Assembly (NCBI RefSeq): GCF_021869535.1
Contig: NW_026262745.1
Location: forward strand, 63,178,001-63,242,000
Origin: Mytilus californianus
Lineage: Eukaryota
Direction: 5' to 3'
Length of the DNA: 64,000 bases
The notes under the pieces are model-generated. The model was not told the DNA's origin and ran no database searches. It was given only the letters and a program-made list of their open reading frames with translations. Numbering within the stretch: position 1 is the stretch's first letter; the number at the start of each line of letters is the position of its first letter. This document shows positions 52,947 to 64,000 of the stretch, piece after piece. The position numbers and the translations under genes were made by a program.

Positions 52947-54776
52947 TTAATGCATTTTTAATAGAAAATTGTTTTTACTTCAATATAAAACTTACCAATC
53001 TTTGACATCTTTATTCTCCGTAATATTTAACATGTTTAACAAAACAATACAATATCAAGGTATATAGTTACTTTTATTTGTAAAACAGGGCATAAAACAT
53101 ATACAAAATATACAAAAAATATATTATTCTAATTCATATCATCATAGTTTTCCTTTAATCAATATGTATACAAGTTTAGATAGTTATATTATTTTTTTAT
53201 CAATAAGTTAAACAAACTAGTTTAACGATTTTGGAACTGTTGTAAATTTTTTATAATAAACCTAAAGCTATAATTGCAAAAAGTATTTTAACACATTTAT
53301 TCGGTCAAGTTACTTTTTTAATTGAAAAAAAAATGATACTTTTATTTAGAAATTAAATAAAATTAATAAGCAAATACAAAGACCGAATGTTGTTTACATT
53401 ATATTTTGAAGACAGTCGTATGTTATTTAAATTTCAGACTCAGGACATAGTATGTTTCACCTATTGTTTTCTATTGACACACTACAAGCCATTGTTGGTA
53501 TTTTCAGTAATTGTCAATTAACGCCTACTGGTAACTCGAGTCTATCATATGATCAGTAGTTAGAGCTTAGAAAGTGACACGATTTGTATCATACGTTTTT
53601 AGATTTTCGTTCATACATTTTTAAACTATAAACAAACTGAGATTTCAACTCCCTCAGACTTTGTTGATCTTAGATGGTGTGGCAATTTTTGTATGTACTT
53701 GTTGGTCATATATTGGTTCAGCTGTTTCGGTTTTTTTTTACATCCTCGGCTTCAAAATATTCACTTTTGAGCGTTCTTGATGAAGATAAATCTAGAAAAA
53801 CACCTCGATATTACTAAGGTAGATATAAATCCATAGACTTTTTTAAAAAATTTGTCAAAATGTAGTTTATAACATACAAAAATATAATAAAACGTATGGA
53901 TCAGATGGATTCTGTTTCAAGCTAGTGAGCGGTGCAGAACTGTCAGATTGTTATAGATGATGTATGGAGGCTCCTATTTCCTGTAAAAAAGGGAAAACTA
54001 AACCAGAGAATTTGAAAATAAAATAAGATGATTTGCTTTCAAAAACTAATATATTATGGAGTCACAGAACTCGTTTTCTTGCTACAAAACGAAATAGGTA
54101 TATTTTTAACACATTCCCTTATAAAAGTAATTTTACTTTAGTTATCTGTCCTAAAATGGCAAAGTTACAAAAATAAATCAAACAAAACATATTTAATGTA
54201 TTTGTAAGAAATAGGGGTAAAAATATTTCAAAAACCCATTTTTTCTTCATTTATTTTAAAACTTTACAAATGAATTACATTCTTCTCGAAAATTTCCCGT
54301 TTTATGAAAAATTGATGTTTTGTCCATAATTGGATTTGATAATGAGGTCAGTAAAACATGAAAATTGAGAGTCTGCCAGAATTATTTAGCAAATTAGGAA
54401 ACTATAGAAACTTCTTACAAAACGCAATTAATTGACTTATGATTTCCGAATAAACACTATGTTCAGGAATATTAGAATATTTATCCTTGAAATAATGGAG
54501 TCAATGTATATATGAAAAAATAAGATGTGGTATGACTGCTTATTTGTATATTCTCCACCACAGACAGTATGACGTAAAAGCTAACCCTTTTTATTGACAA
54601 ACAGATTTGAATCTAATATCGAAAAGTAGTTTAATCTAACATCGTTAAAAGAGTTCAGTCTTTAATCGGCAAAGGGTTCTTGGTGACAGTAATCTTTTGT
54701 AATATATAATTGTTGTCTCTGTCTTCTTTGACCTTTATCAGATTTAGTATCAGTTCCGATTTTCATTGTCGGCGTT

Positions 54777-57351
54777 TTAACTGGTACCCAGTTTCCTTAG
54801 TAGTGCAAGCACTCTGTACATAAGCGATGCGCTGTCTAGACACAATAGCAAAGATGCGATTGAAATCAATATGGCAATGCCTACAAATCCAATACTTGCA
54901 GACGATTTTCTTGAATCCCATGCAGAATTGTGTTTTCTCGTAAACGCTGATGTTTTTGATGTGTCCACTTTAATCTCATTTACTATTTCGTTGATACTTT
55001 CATCCAATGAAACTTGTTTGGTTACATTGTTACATGTGCAGACACAGTATGGTCTTTTAACTGAAAGAAATAAAACATAATTAAAGAAACATTCTATTAA
55101 ACTGTTCAATATAAGTCTTATATTTTATCAGACGTTCCTTTAAGAGTAAGTATAGTGTTTATCAAACTGAATTGAGTCCAAGTGTACATGCATTAAATTT
55201 GTCTTACATGACATTTTTACATTGACTTGACTTGATAAGTAGTGAACAATTTCAAAAAGACTGAGCTGCAGAACAATATTGTCTCAAAGCTCTATTTGCA
55301 GGTGGCTGCCTCATGCCATTAATTACCAGTTGAAGCGATGTATTATTCGTAAGCCATATTCGGTAATAGCCGTCATTCTTAAAATCTTGCCTTTTAATAT
55401 TTTGTCGTAAACACTGTTTACCCCCTAAACATCTTCATTGGTACAAATATTCTATGAATAACAATTTTTTCCTTCATTGCCTCATTTATTGATTTAATGA
55501 TGCATTAATTTACCATTTTATTCATAATCAATGTATCATTTATATACCTGCGCTAATTGTTGTTAATTCCTTCTGTATTGTTTGATCAATTGAAGATTTC
55601 GGTATTGATATGATATCGAGTTGAGATGTTGTTGTGTGAAGATTAGACGATGCAACATCTACTGTAGATGTCATGTGGGGTTCAGTTGTTACTGGTAGTG
55701 TTGTTTCTGTTGTCTTATCTGCAGTTGACACTTTCACAGAAGTTGTTTCTACTTGTGTTGATGTTAGATATTCTGTTGTTGTCTGCTCCGTGGTTGTCAC
55801 ACATAAAACACAATCACTTATAACAGTAGATCCACAATTATCATACGGTGGAACAATCAAGAAATTAGTGTCCTCGTTTACTTAAAACAAAAAACATATT
55901 TTTTATATGCATTTTGATATTGAATTTCATGCAACTGTCATACAAGTGAGAAATTAAACTAGCTATATAACCCGGTTTAATACACCATTTTCTACATGAG
56001 AAAATGCCTGTTTTAAGTCAGGAATATGACAGTTGTTATCCATTCGTTTGATGTGTATGAGCTTTTAATTTTGCGATTTGATTTGGGACTTTCCGTTTTG
56101 AAGTTTTCTCGGAGTTTGGTATCTTTGTTATTTTACCATTGATTCTCTTCATTCATGTTTTGTATATTATTTGTAGAAATTACAAGACATTTAAAATAAG
56201 GTAAACCAACCTTTCAAGCTTTTTCTGAATTAACTGCGAATATTCTGTCATAATATATAACAATATTAAACAAATATAATGTATACCGTATTTGGTATTT
56301 ATTGAATATTATACAATTATTGTGGCCTTTTATCTATTTCTTGCATGAATAGATATTTCTCGTATCACACTGCACGGAATGTGAAACGAGAAAGTGATAC
56401 AAAAATATGCGTTAATTTGAATGGCTTCTTCAGCATCACAAGACGATATTACGGCACTTCCATTGGTTATTCGTTAGGTCAATGATGACTTTCAAAGGTT
56501 AAGACGATGTACAGTTCGTCCATGGCAACGAACATTGTGATGTCTTCAATTATATACAAAACACTCACACATTTCACCTGACAATCTTCTTTGTGTCAAA
56601 TTTTATTACATTCTAAATCGTACAAAAAGTATTAAAATATCTGATGTGAAAGTTTGACATCGGAAAATGACATATGACGTCATACTGGAATGTGCAAAAT
56701 ACTGGATCAACATTTCGCGGAATTTTTAATTTTACACATTGAGAGTGTTGACCAGAAGAGAAATAGGTTTAACAACTTGTGAAAATTGGATATCACTTGA
56801 TATCAACCTCGTTATTTAATTTAGATAGTAATAATAATCTCGCCGTAGGCTCGTTTATCATTATATTGAAATTGAATAAATCGAGCTGATATCAAGCGAT
56901 ATCCCATTCTCACTGGTTATGAAACCAATAAATATATATTCCTGTTTACTGAATATTTTTATTCGATACAGTTTTATTTCTTCATTTATCTTTGATGACT
57001 TGTGTTTGTTTACTTATCCGTTTATTTCTTTATTTCTTTATTTCTTTATTCATTCTAAATTAAAAAAGGATAAAAATAACTTACAATCAAAGTAACACCT
57101 CTTTATATACAGATCCTCAGCCATAACAGAAATCTGATTATCTTCTAATCGGAACGGATCATCAAAAACATCATACATCACACATTTAGGTACAGAAGGG
57201 GTAAAAGCAAAGCCCCAGCATGAAGTTAAAGGATCACAAAAATCTTTACAATCTTGTTCAGTTCCAAAGTCTAGTTTAGTGTATCCACTCATTCCTGTAG
57301 TAACCTTTCTATTGCTTTCAGTATCATAGGAAATTCCAGAATTACATATAG
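54777..57351 (-). CDS. Paralogue E, 3' part (PAN, mucin and TM exons); upstream exons not found in the window
   Basis: Exons 57085-57351, 55548-55880, 54777-55060, with the same lengths as B (267/333/284 nt), open frames and GT-AG junctions. About 85% amino-acid identity to the PAN exon of B by hand alignment. Confidence 0.85.
55934..56033 (+). ncRNA. Twister, family Z; duplicate of the 5864 insertion
   Basis: Perfect P5; T1 reads UU/AA rather than CC/GG. Confidence 0.6.
56779..56913. repeat. About 135-bp imperfect palindrome capped by GCC-GTA-GGC
   Basis: Arms GATATCACTTGATATC..AATTT and AAATT..GATATCAAGCGATATC; apex at 56842-56850. Confidence 0.8.
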
Positions 57352-57829
57352 CTGAAAAAAACATCATAACAGTAAATACATATAAAGGCAATAGAAGTAT
57401 ACCGCTGTTCTAAAGTCATAAATCGATTAAGAGAAAACAAATCCGGGCTACAAACTAAAAGCGAGGGATCAACTTCATAAATTACGTACGTCCGAAGTGT
57501 ATTTGTTTTATTCATCTTCATCAGGAATGCTCTATACTCAAACATTTGAAAGCAAGGTATGCATAAATACAATAAAAAAAAAATGTTAAAAGCTCTATGA
57601 CCATAGGGGACACAACAAAAAATAAGCAAAAATGATCAAAGGTCGACCAGTGATATCGGGGCATGTTTTGTAAGTGAAGATATAACAATTAATATTTTCT
57701 GCATCTGAATTCCTTATTGGATTTACCTTCAGTAGGAACGCCAAAACACGAACATTTGAAAGCAAGGAATGCATGAATACGTAGAAACGTTAGAATCTTA
57801 AGAAACATAAGGAGCCTTTTCAAAATGAT

Positions 57830-58220
57830 AAATTTGTCATTTAAGGGAAATAACTCCTATAAGAAGTCGTCTTACAGCTTTGGCTTTCATAGGCAATAGG
57901 TAGAGCTCAACATTTTGAAATTTATTGCCTTTATCACATTTTCTCAATTTATAGCAGTTTTGGTTTTCAAATTTTAGGCCGAATTTGCATTTTATCCTTC
58001 TTTTTGTTCTATTTTTACCCATTCTGATTTTGATTAGTATGTGTTGTCATTGGACACATTTTTAAAAGTAGATACCTAAATGATGATTGTAGCAAAGTTT
58101 GGTTACATTTGGCGTAGTAGTTTCAGAGGAGAAGATTTTGTAAAGGTTAACAGACGACGGACGACGGACACCAAGTGATGTGTTAAGCTCACTTGCCCCT
58201 TTTGGCTGGGTGATTTGAAA
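57830..58220. mobile_element. Helentron/HINE-like fragment
   Basis: GACGACG microsatellite followed by AAGTGATG..GCTCAC..stem-loop, the end I recognise from bivalve HINEs. Related core-repeat-like sequence at 14380-14790. Confidence 0.5.
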
Positions 58221-58619
58221 ATATGAGTGTCCATTACCTGACACCAAAAAGTGCTTGCATCAATACTGTCCTATCCTTTATAAAGAAATATTAGTACTTT
58301 GTTAATTCAAATTTGTTTAAATTATGTTTTTTTATATTTATCGTTCTACATTAAAACTGATAATTGTTTAGATTAATTATATATTAGACGTGTATGGTCT
58401 GTTCATAAAAATCATATGTTTTATGTGTCGTATATCAAATACTACAGGAAAGGAATTTTCTATTGAATGTATATCAAAATCATCGGTAGCATAATACTGT
58501 TTTAAAATACATCGCATTAAGCCAGATTATAAGACTTCAATAATATGTGTTGCAAATTGTTTTTAACTTACTACCATACTCTTACGGAAAAAAAAGTCAA
58601 CAAAGATGCAAATTATGTA

Positions 58620-58826
58620 CTGTAAATTCAGAAATTATTGCGAGGTTTTCATTAATGCGAATAATGCGACTAGGTTAGTATCGCAATAATAAGAACTCGC
58701 ATTCTGATATCTTATACATATATCTGTATGCAGATTTTCCTGACATCGCAATAAATAATCTCGCATTTCTGTCCATTCTTCAATAATCGCAATAATAAAT
58801 GCACGCAATAATTTCTGAATTTACAG
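58620..58826. mobile_element. 207-bp MITE with perfect 23-bp TIRs and TA flanks
   Basis: TA-CTGTAAATTCAGAAATTATTGCG...CGCAATAATTTCTGAATTTACAG-TA. Confidence 0.85.
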
Positions 58827-58877
58827 TACTTACTTGTACGTCCTTTATCAGCTGAGACGCCCACACGTGTCCCGAGA

Positions 58878-61800
58878 ACACAGTTATTTCGTAGTGCATT
58901 TCTTTTAGATAATAAACGAAAAAAAAAAAATCCCACTTGCGCTTTCTCCAAAATATTTTTTCAGTGTGTTGTACTATTTTTGGGACAAATTATATCAAAA
59001 TTATAGAAAACTTCATCAGCTCTAACTCAAAACATAGACAATTTTATGTTAAGGGGGTTTTGAAATTTTTTGACAGCTTCCGAAATGCTAATTTTTAACC
59101 TTTTTCAGCTGGACCAAATCACTACTTTACTTTAAAATTCATGACCCACACTTTTTTACAGTGTAATTCCATTCCCCCACTTGCTATTTGAGGCATAAAA
59201 CATGAAGAAATAAATTCGGAAAAGGTATAACAAAATTGCAAGTAACCCACTGTCCACACTAGAAACTATATTCGTGGACAACGAAAATCAAAGGACGATG
59301 AATGTGTTCCCGGACCTAATAGGATAGAAAGACTTAACCACTCTTAATGAAAATTGGAATGACCAAAGCTAAATCAATTATAAGACTAATGACAACGTTT
59401 CATGGCAATAGGTTATATACTATAAACAAAATGATAAATTCTATATTCATCTTTGCGTGTTAAATTTTGACGTTAAAATTAAAAACAATTCCACTATCAA
59501 CATTTAGGGCTTTAAAAACTATATTATTGCAAAAAATTCATTCTAAATGCCTTAATATTTCATATATCATGCATAAAAAGCAAAAGAAAACTCATTTGAT
59601 GTATCAGATTTATCACAATTATTCAAAAGTCAATTTTATATGAGCCTGTGCCTGAAAATTGAGGGTCTCCAATGAAGGGGGGCCTTACATGAAGGTGTAA
59701 TATTTTCCAGCAATTCTAAATTTGTAAAGTTTTTTGGTTATAAATAATCCTTACATATGTATTTAATGTACTTGAAATTAAAAGAAAAATGCAATTAGCA
59801 TATCATATGAGTATAAATGGTCTTAGGCCAAGAAAGACTGAAAATAATGTAGGATCAATTTAGGCCGTATCACATATTTACATTTGAAAATGCATACTGA
59901 AGCTATAGGAAATAAAATAAAATATTTCTTTTTAATCATTTCTATACTCAGGTTACATGATACAATAAATCTGTGTACAAAAGGACTCTTGCATTCAACT
60001 TTTTTGGCAGACAGTATGGTCTAATATAACGATTTTTCACTTTTAAGTGAAAGACTTGCATGCAATTTCAGTCTCAACAGGCACATATTTGAACCACTTG
60101 CTATCAGAAGAAAAGAAAAGAGGGACGAAAGATACCAGAGGGACAGTCAAACTCATAGATCGAAAACAAACTGACAACGTCATGGCCAAAAATAAAAAGA
60201 CAAACAGACAAATAATAGTACATATGACACAACATAGAAAACTAAAGACTAAGCAACACGAACCCCACCAAAAACTGGGGGTGATCTCAGGTGCTCCGGA
60301 AGGGTAAGCAGATCCTGCTCCACATGTGGCACCCGTCGAGTTGCTTATGTTATTACAAATCCGGTAAATAGTCTAATTCGGTAAGTCACATTCGTGAAAA
60401 GGGAAGGGTATTGTAGTTACGACATAAGGAACATATCCGATATCATCTGTGAAACGGTTATTCCATAACGGTCAACCAACTCGTGATGGCGTCCGTAAAA
60501 TTTACGAAGGGATGACCTCAACTTCACTATTTGGAACTCTTGGTTTAATAGCTTCCTTGTGAGCAGCAATCCTCTATCAAGGAAATAATGATAGGAAACA
60601 CAAGCCCGGGAATATCGTATCAATTGGGAGATATATACTCCGTATGCAGGCGCTGCTGGAATGTTGCTACATAGAAATGGAAAGTTCACAATTGGGAAAC
60701 TGAAATCATCTCTTTTGTCGTAAAGTTTTGTTTTCAACCGACCCTCATTGTCAATTTCTAGATGTAAGTCAAGATATGAGGCAGATTTAGCTGTATCTGT
60801 AGTATCCTTTATCTCTAGTTCGATGGGATAGATTCGCTCAACATAGTCACCAAATTTTGTATTATTTAGTGAGAGAACATCATCTATATAGCGGAACGTA
60901 GAATTAAAGGATATTGCTAACTTCTTATCTCTCTTCCTAAGAAGCTCCTGTATGAAGTCAGCCTCATAATAATAAAGAAACAAGTCGGCAAGAAGAGGGG
61001 CACAATTGGTTCCCATTGGAATTCCGACAGTCTGTTGAAAAACACGTCCTCCAAACGTAACAAATATGTTGTCAATCAAGAAATCAAGCATCTTGATAAT
61101 GTCAGTTTCAGAGAATTTTTTGTTTGAATCAGAGTGATTCTTTACAAAGTAGGATTTATCCCTCCCCAAGACAAGATACTTGTATCTACGTTCGCCATTC
61201 TTTTTAATGAAACAAAGTAATACCAACTCTTTCAATTTGTCTTTTAGTTTGGAATGGGGAATACTTGTGTAAAGTGTAGAAAAGTCAAATGTTTTAATAC
61301 TATTGCAAGATGAGAGAGTCTTAGATTGTATGTACTCTAAAAGATCTTTGGATTTTTTTAGTATCCACATCTGATTCACGCCACCTCTAGAATAGGCAGT
61401 TTCACAATAACTTTGGAGCCCGGCTTTGATTGCTGATAAAATAGATGTTAATAATTTAGAAAGAGGTTTCGTGGAGCACTTCGAAGACCCAGCAATATAC
61501 CGTTGTTTGTAAGGACACTTATGTAGTTTAGGTATCCAATACAGTGATGTATGTGCAATGAAACAAGTACAAAAAAGATATTGTAAAGTGCTTTTTATAC
61601 AAATTAAGTGACAGCTTTATTATGGACTTCAACATCTATGTACCACGTTTCTTACTTTTAACATGCTTCAAAAAGGGCGTAAAATTACAAGCAATCATTC
61701 ATACAACATAATTTGCACATTTTGTCAAAAATAATCTACTTTTCTGTAGATTCAGAGTTCACAAATGAATAATACAACTTGATGAAAGCCTGGAAACACA

Positions 61801-62490
61801 AATATTGACACATGAAAACCTGTCAGTTAGATTGTCAGAATGCCACTTATGCATCAAAATTGAAATAGCATCGAAATGCTTATTTTGACCATATAATGCA
61901 AAAATAGGTAATTTTTGCAAACATTTTGTAATAAAAGTTTAAATCCTTTAGTGTCATGCTATTTGGCAAGTTGACACTATTAAATCACCCAGGGAAGTTG
62001 CCAAAGTACAAATTCTATATCTACTGATTTCATCTCTTAGTGCCGAAGACACAGTTATTTCGTAGTGCATTTATTTTAGACAATAAATGAAAATAAAAAA
62101 AAACACCTGCGCATTCTCGAAAATATTTTTACAGTGTGTTGGACTACTTTTGTGATAAATTATATCAAAATTATAGAAAACTTCATCAGCTCTAACTCAA
62201 AATATGGACAATTTTAAGTTGAGGGGGTCTTGAAATTTATTGACAGCTTCATTAATGTTAATTTTTGAACCTTTTTCAGCTGGACCAAATCACTACTTTA
62301 CTTTAAAATGCATGAACCAAATTTTTTTACAGTGTAATTTTATCCCCCTACTTCCTATGTGAGGCATAACACATGAAGAAATAACTTTGGAAGGGGTATA
62401 AAAAAAATTGCAAGTAACCAACTGTCCACACTAGGGACTATATTCGTGGACAACGAAAATCAAAGGACGATAACTGTTCCCGGACCTAAT
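58878..62490. repeat. About 442-bp direct repeat pair (58878-59320 and 62049-62490)
   Basis: Collinear along the whole length; both copies end GTTCCCGGACCTAAT. Confidence 0.85.
60116..61548 (-). mobile_element. 5'-truncated Penelope-like retroelement (Naiad-like), RT frame open for about 377 codons plus 3'UTR
   Basis: Frame is open from about 61548 (SLYWIPKLHKCPYKQRYIAGSSKC) to the stop at 60417. Motifs KTFDFSTLY, GIPMGTNCAP, FRYIDD, SASYLDL. Long insertion between motifs A and B'; the ORF ends after the thumb with no C-terminal GIY-YIG, which fits N-terminal-endonuclease PLEs. Confidence 0.85.
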
Positions 62491-64000
62491 AATCTATACA
62501 ACCTTTACAGAAAAATTAACACGGTGTAGCCTTTCCATCTAATTTTAGTTTTTCAATGTAAAATTATAATCACAGGTAAACATGCTTTTGTGAGACCTCG
62601 AACTTAAAAGTATTATCCTTTTTCGTTAATTCAACTATTGTTAACCATAAATAAAATCACCAAAGAAATACTTGTGCTTAGGTACTGGCTGTTATCAAAG
62701 GGAGACAATTCAATCTCAATGTCAATGTGTTTTAATCACAGGGGAGATAAATCTTGTTATATGAGGAGGTAGCTCATCAACTATAGTCTATTTTTTAAAA
62801 CATCTTCTAAGTATTTTGCCTACCCATGCTTTATAATTAGTTCCTCACTTTGGGACCGCAAATTAAACTTTTTAAAAACCCTTAAATGTGATATGCTATG
62901 CAAACTTTGTGGATTTGTTTCAAAGATTCATTATAGGGTAATGAGGACGCCATCAAATAAATAAATAAGAATGACAATTTAATGCATTGAAACATTGGAA
63001 ATTCAATTGAGTGTATGGAAGTTTAGTTCTTTTTCAATTTATACTACAAAAATGTTTAAAAGTGGCTATGAATTTATTGCAATAATATGTATTGAAACAG
63101 TACATTTTTATTATCCTGACAACAAATTTGCGAAGGGACAGTTTGTATTGTTCTTGTGTGCGTTGAGGCCATATATATAGTTGAAAGTAAAAACTGTTTT
63201 ATTTTGATTTTAAATCAAAAATACACATCCAAGTTAAAACCGAGATGTGTTAAAAAAATGACCATTTTAAAGCAAAAATTCTGACTCGTAATTATTGCAT
63301 ATTGGAAATAATTCAGCCCATGGAAGTAGAATATACTCTGTGGCCAAATGATGGGTTGTTAATGGGTGCGAGTCATTATGACACTGATAAGGGTGTGAAA
63401 AGAATTATGGTAACTCCGGAATGAGATGGCTGGAAGTAGAAGTTGGGTTGATGGAAGCTAGAGACAGGGTGGTGTTAACCGTGAGAAAAGGGTTGTTAAA
63501 CAGGAATAATTCGTGCTTGGCGAAAAAATAGGAGAACAGTGAAACACAATACTGAGTGATGTAGAAGTTTGGGGGAGGGAACTGGGAATCAATGCCTCCT
63601 GTCCAATCCCCTCACAAATAGCCATAAAAGAAAAGGAGGCGGGTTCATATATGTAGCAGGAGCAATTCTGCAGGAGATATGGGGATGCAGACCACAGCTT
63701 TTTCTAGTTTGTGAATTGATTTATACGGAGACGATGGATGCCTGATGTAAACGCGCTATCTAAATAATTTTGTAAGTAAAATTAAACCAAAAAAACAGTA
63801 AAAACAATATATAATTTACAACTTAACATGTAGACCAAAAATGTACAGAAATGAAGCATTCAATAACTACCCTTATTAAGAAGGCATATGGCAGATGCAC
63901 TAACTAGCCTCGTTGGGAATTTTGCATGAGCAAAGCTTTCCTTGGTTGGTCTACACTTTAGTCCTTAGACAATTTATTAAATGTTTATCGAGCTTGATTG

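Larger units (their letters stand above)
40393..53008 (-). pseudogene. Paralogue D: 3'-disabled copy (pseudogene, or gene for a truncated secreted CTLD)
   Basis: Exons 52996-53008, 50608-50649, 49193-49346, 43036-43265, 42379-42645, 41051-41383, 40393-40676. Exons 1-4 are open. In-frame stops: TGA 42587-42589 (GGA in the others), TAA 41109-41111, TAG 40621-40623, TAA 40513-40515. CxCxC has become FxCxF. Confidence 0.88.

Noticed and set aside
60047-60307. Similar short ORFs at 60047, 37211, 22304, 6946 and 25046
   Set aside because: They are readings of the non-coding Naiad 3'UTR on either strand.
63310-63750. GC-richer, purine-skewed stretch
   Set aside because: Stops occur in all frames and no motif is recognisable; it may be a decayed TE but cannot be assigned.

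Overview
AT-rich animal genomic DNA. The repeat content looks like a bivalve, probably Mytilus (inference, not verified). The window holds a head-to-tail minus-strand array of five paralogues (named A-E here) of an uncharacterised type-I membrane receptor with 7 coding exons: signal peptide split over a 13-nt and a 42-nt exon, a non-canonical C-type lectin domain (2 exons), a PAN/Apple domain, a Cys-flanked Ser/Thr mucin stalk, a CxCxC plus SAWDSR juxtamembrane module, a TM helix and a short tail. B (4690-12854) and C (20517-33985) are intact. D (40393-53008) has an intact signal peptide and CTLD but four stops downstream. A and E are cut by the window edges. Introns and spacers are full of mobile DNA: Naiad-like Penelope-like retroelement pieces (one with an open RT frame), about 16 minimal type-I hammerhead relics from three retrozyme-like families (two arrays with 347-349-nt spacing), and about 12 copies of several interspersed repeat families that share a type-P5 twister ribozyme with compensatory base changes between families. 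MITEs and long GNA-capped hairpins are also present. All gene models and RNA folds were derived by hand from the sequence; no database search was run.
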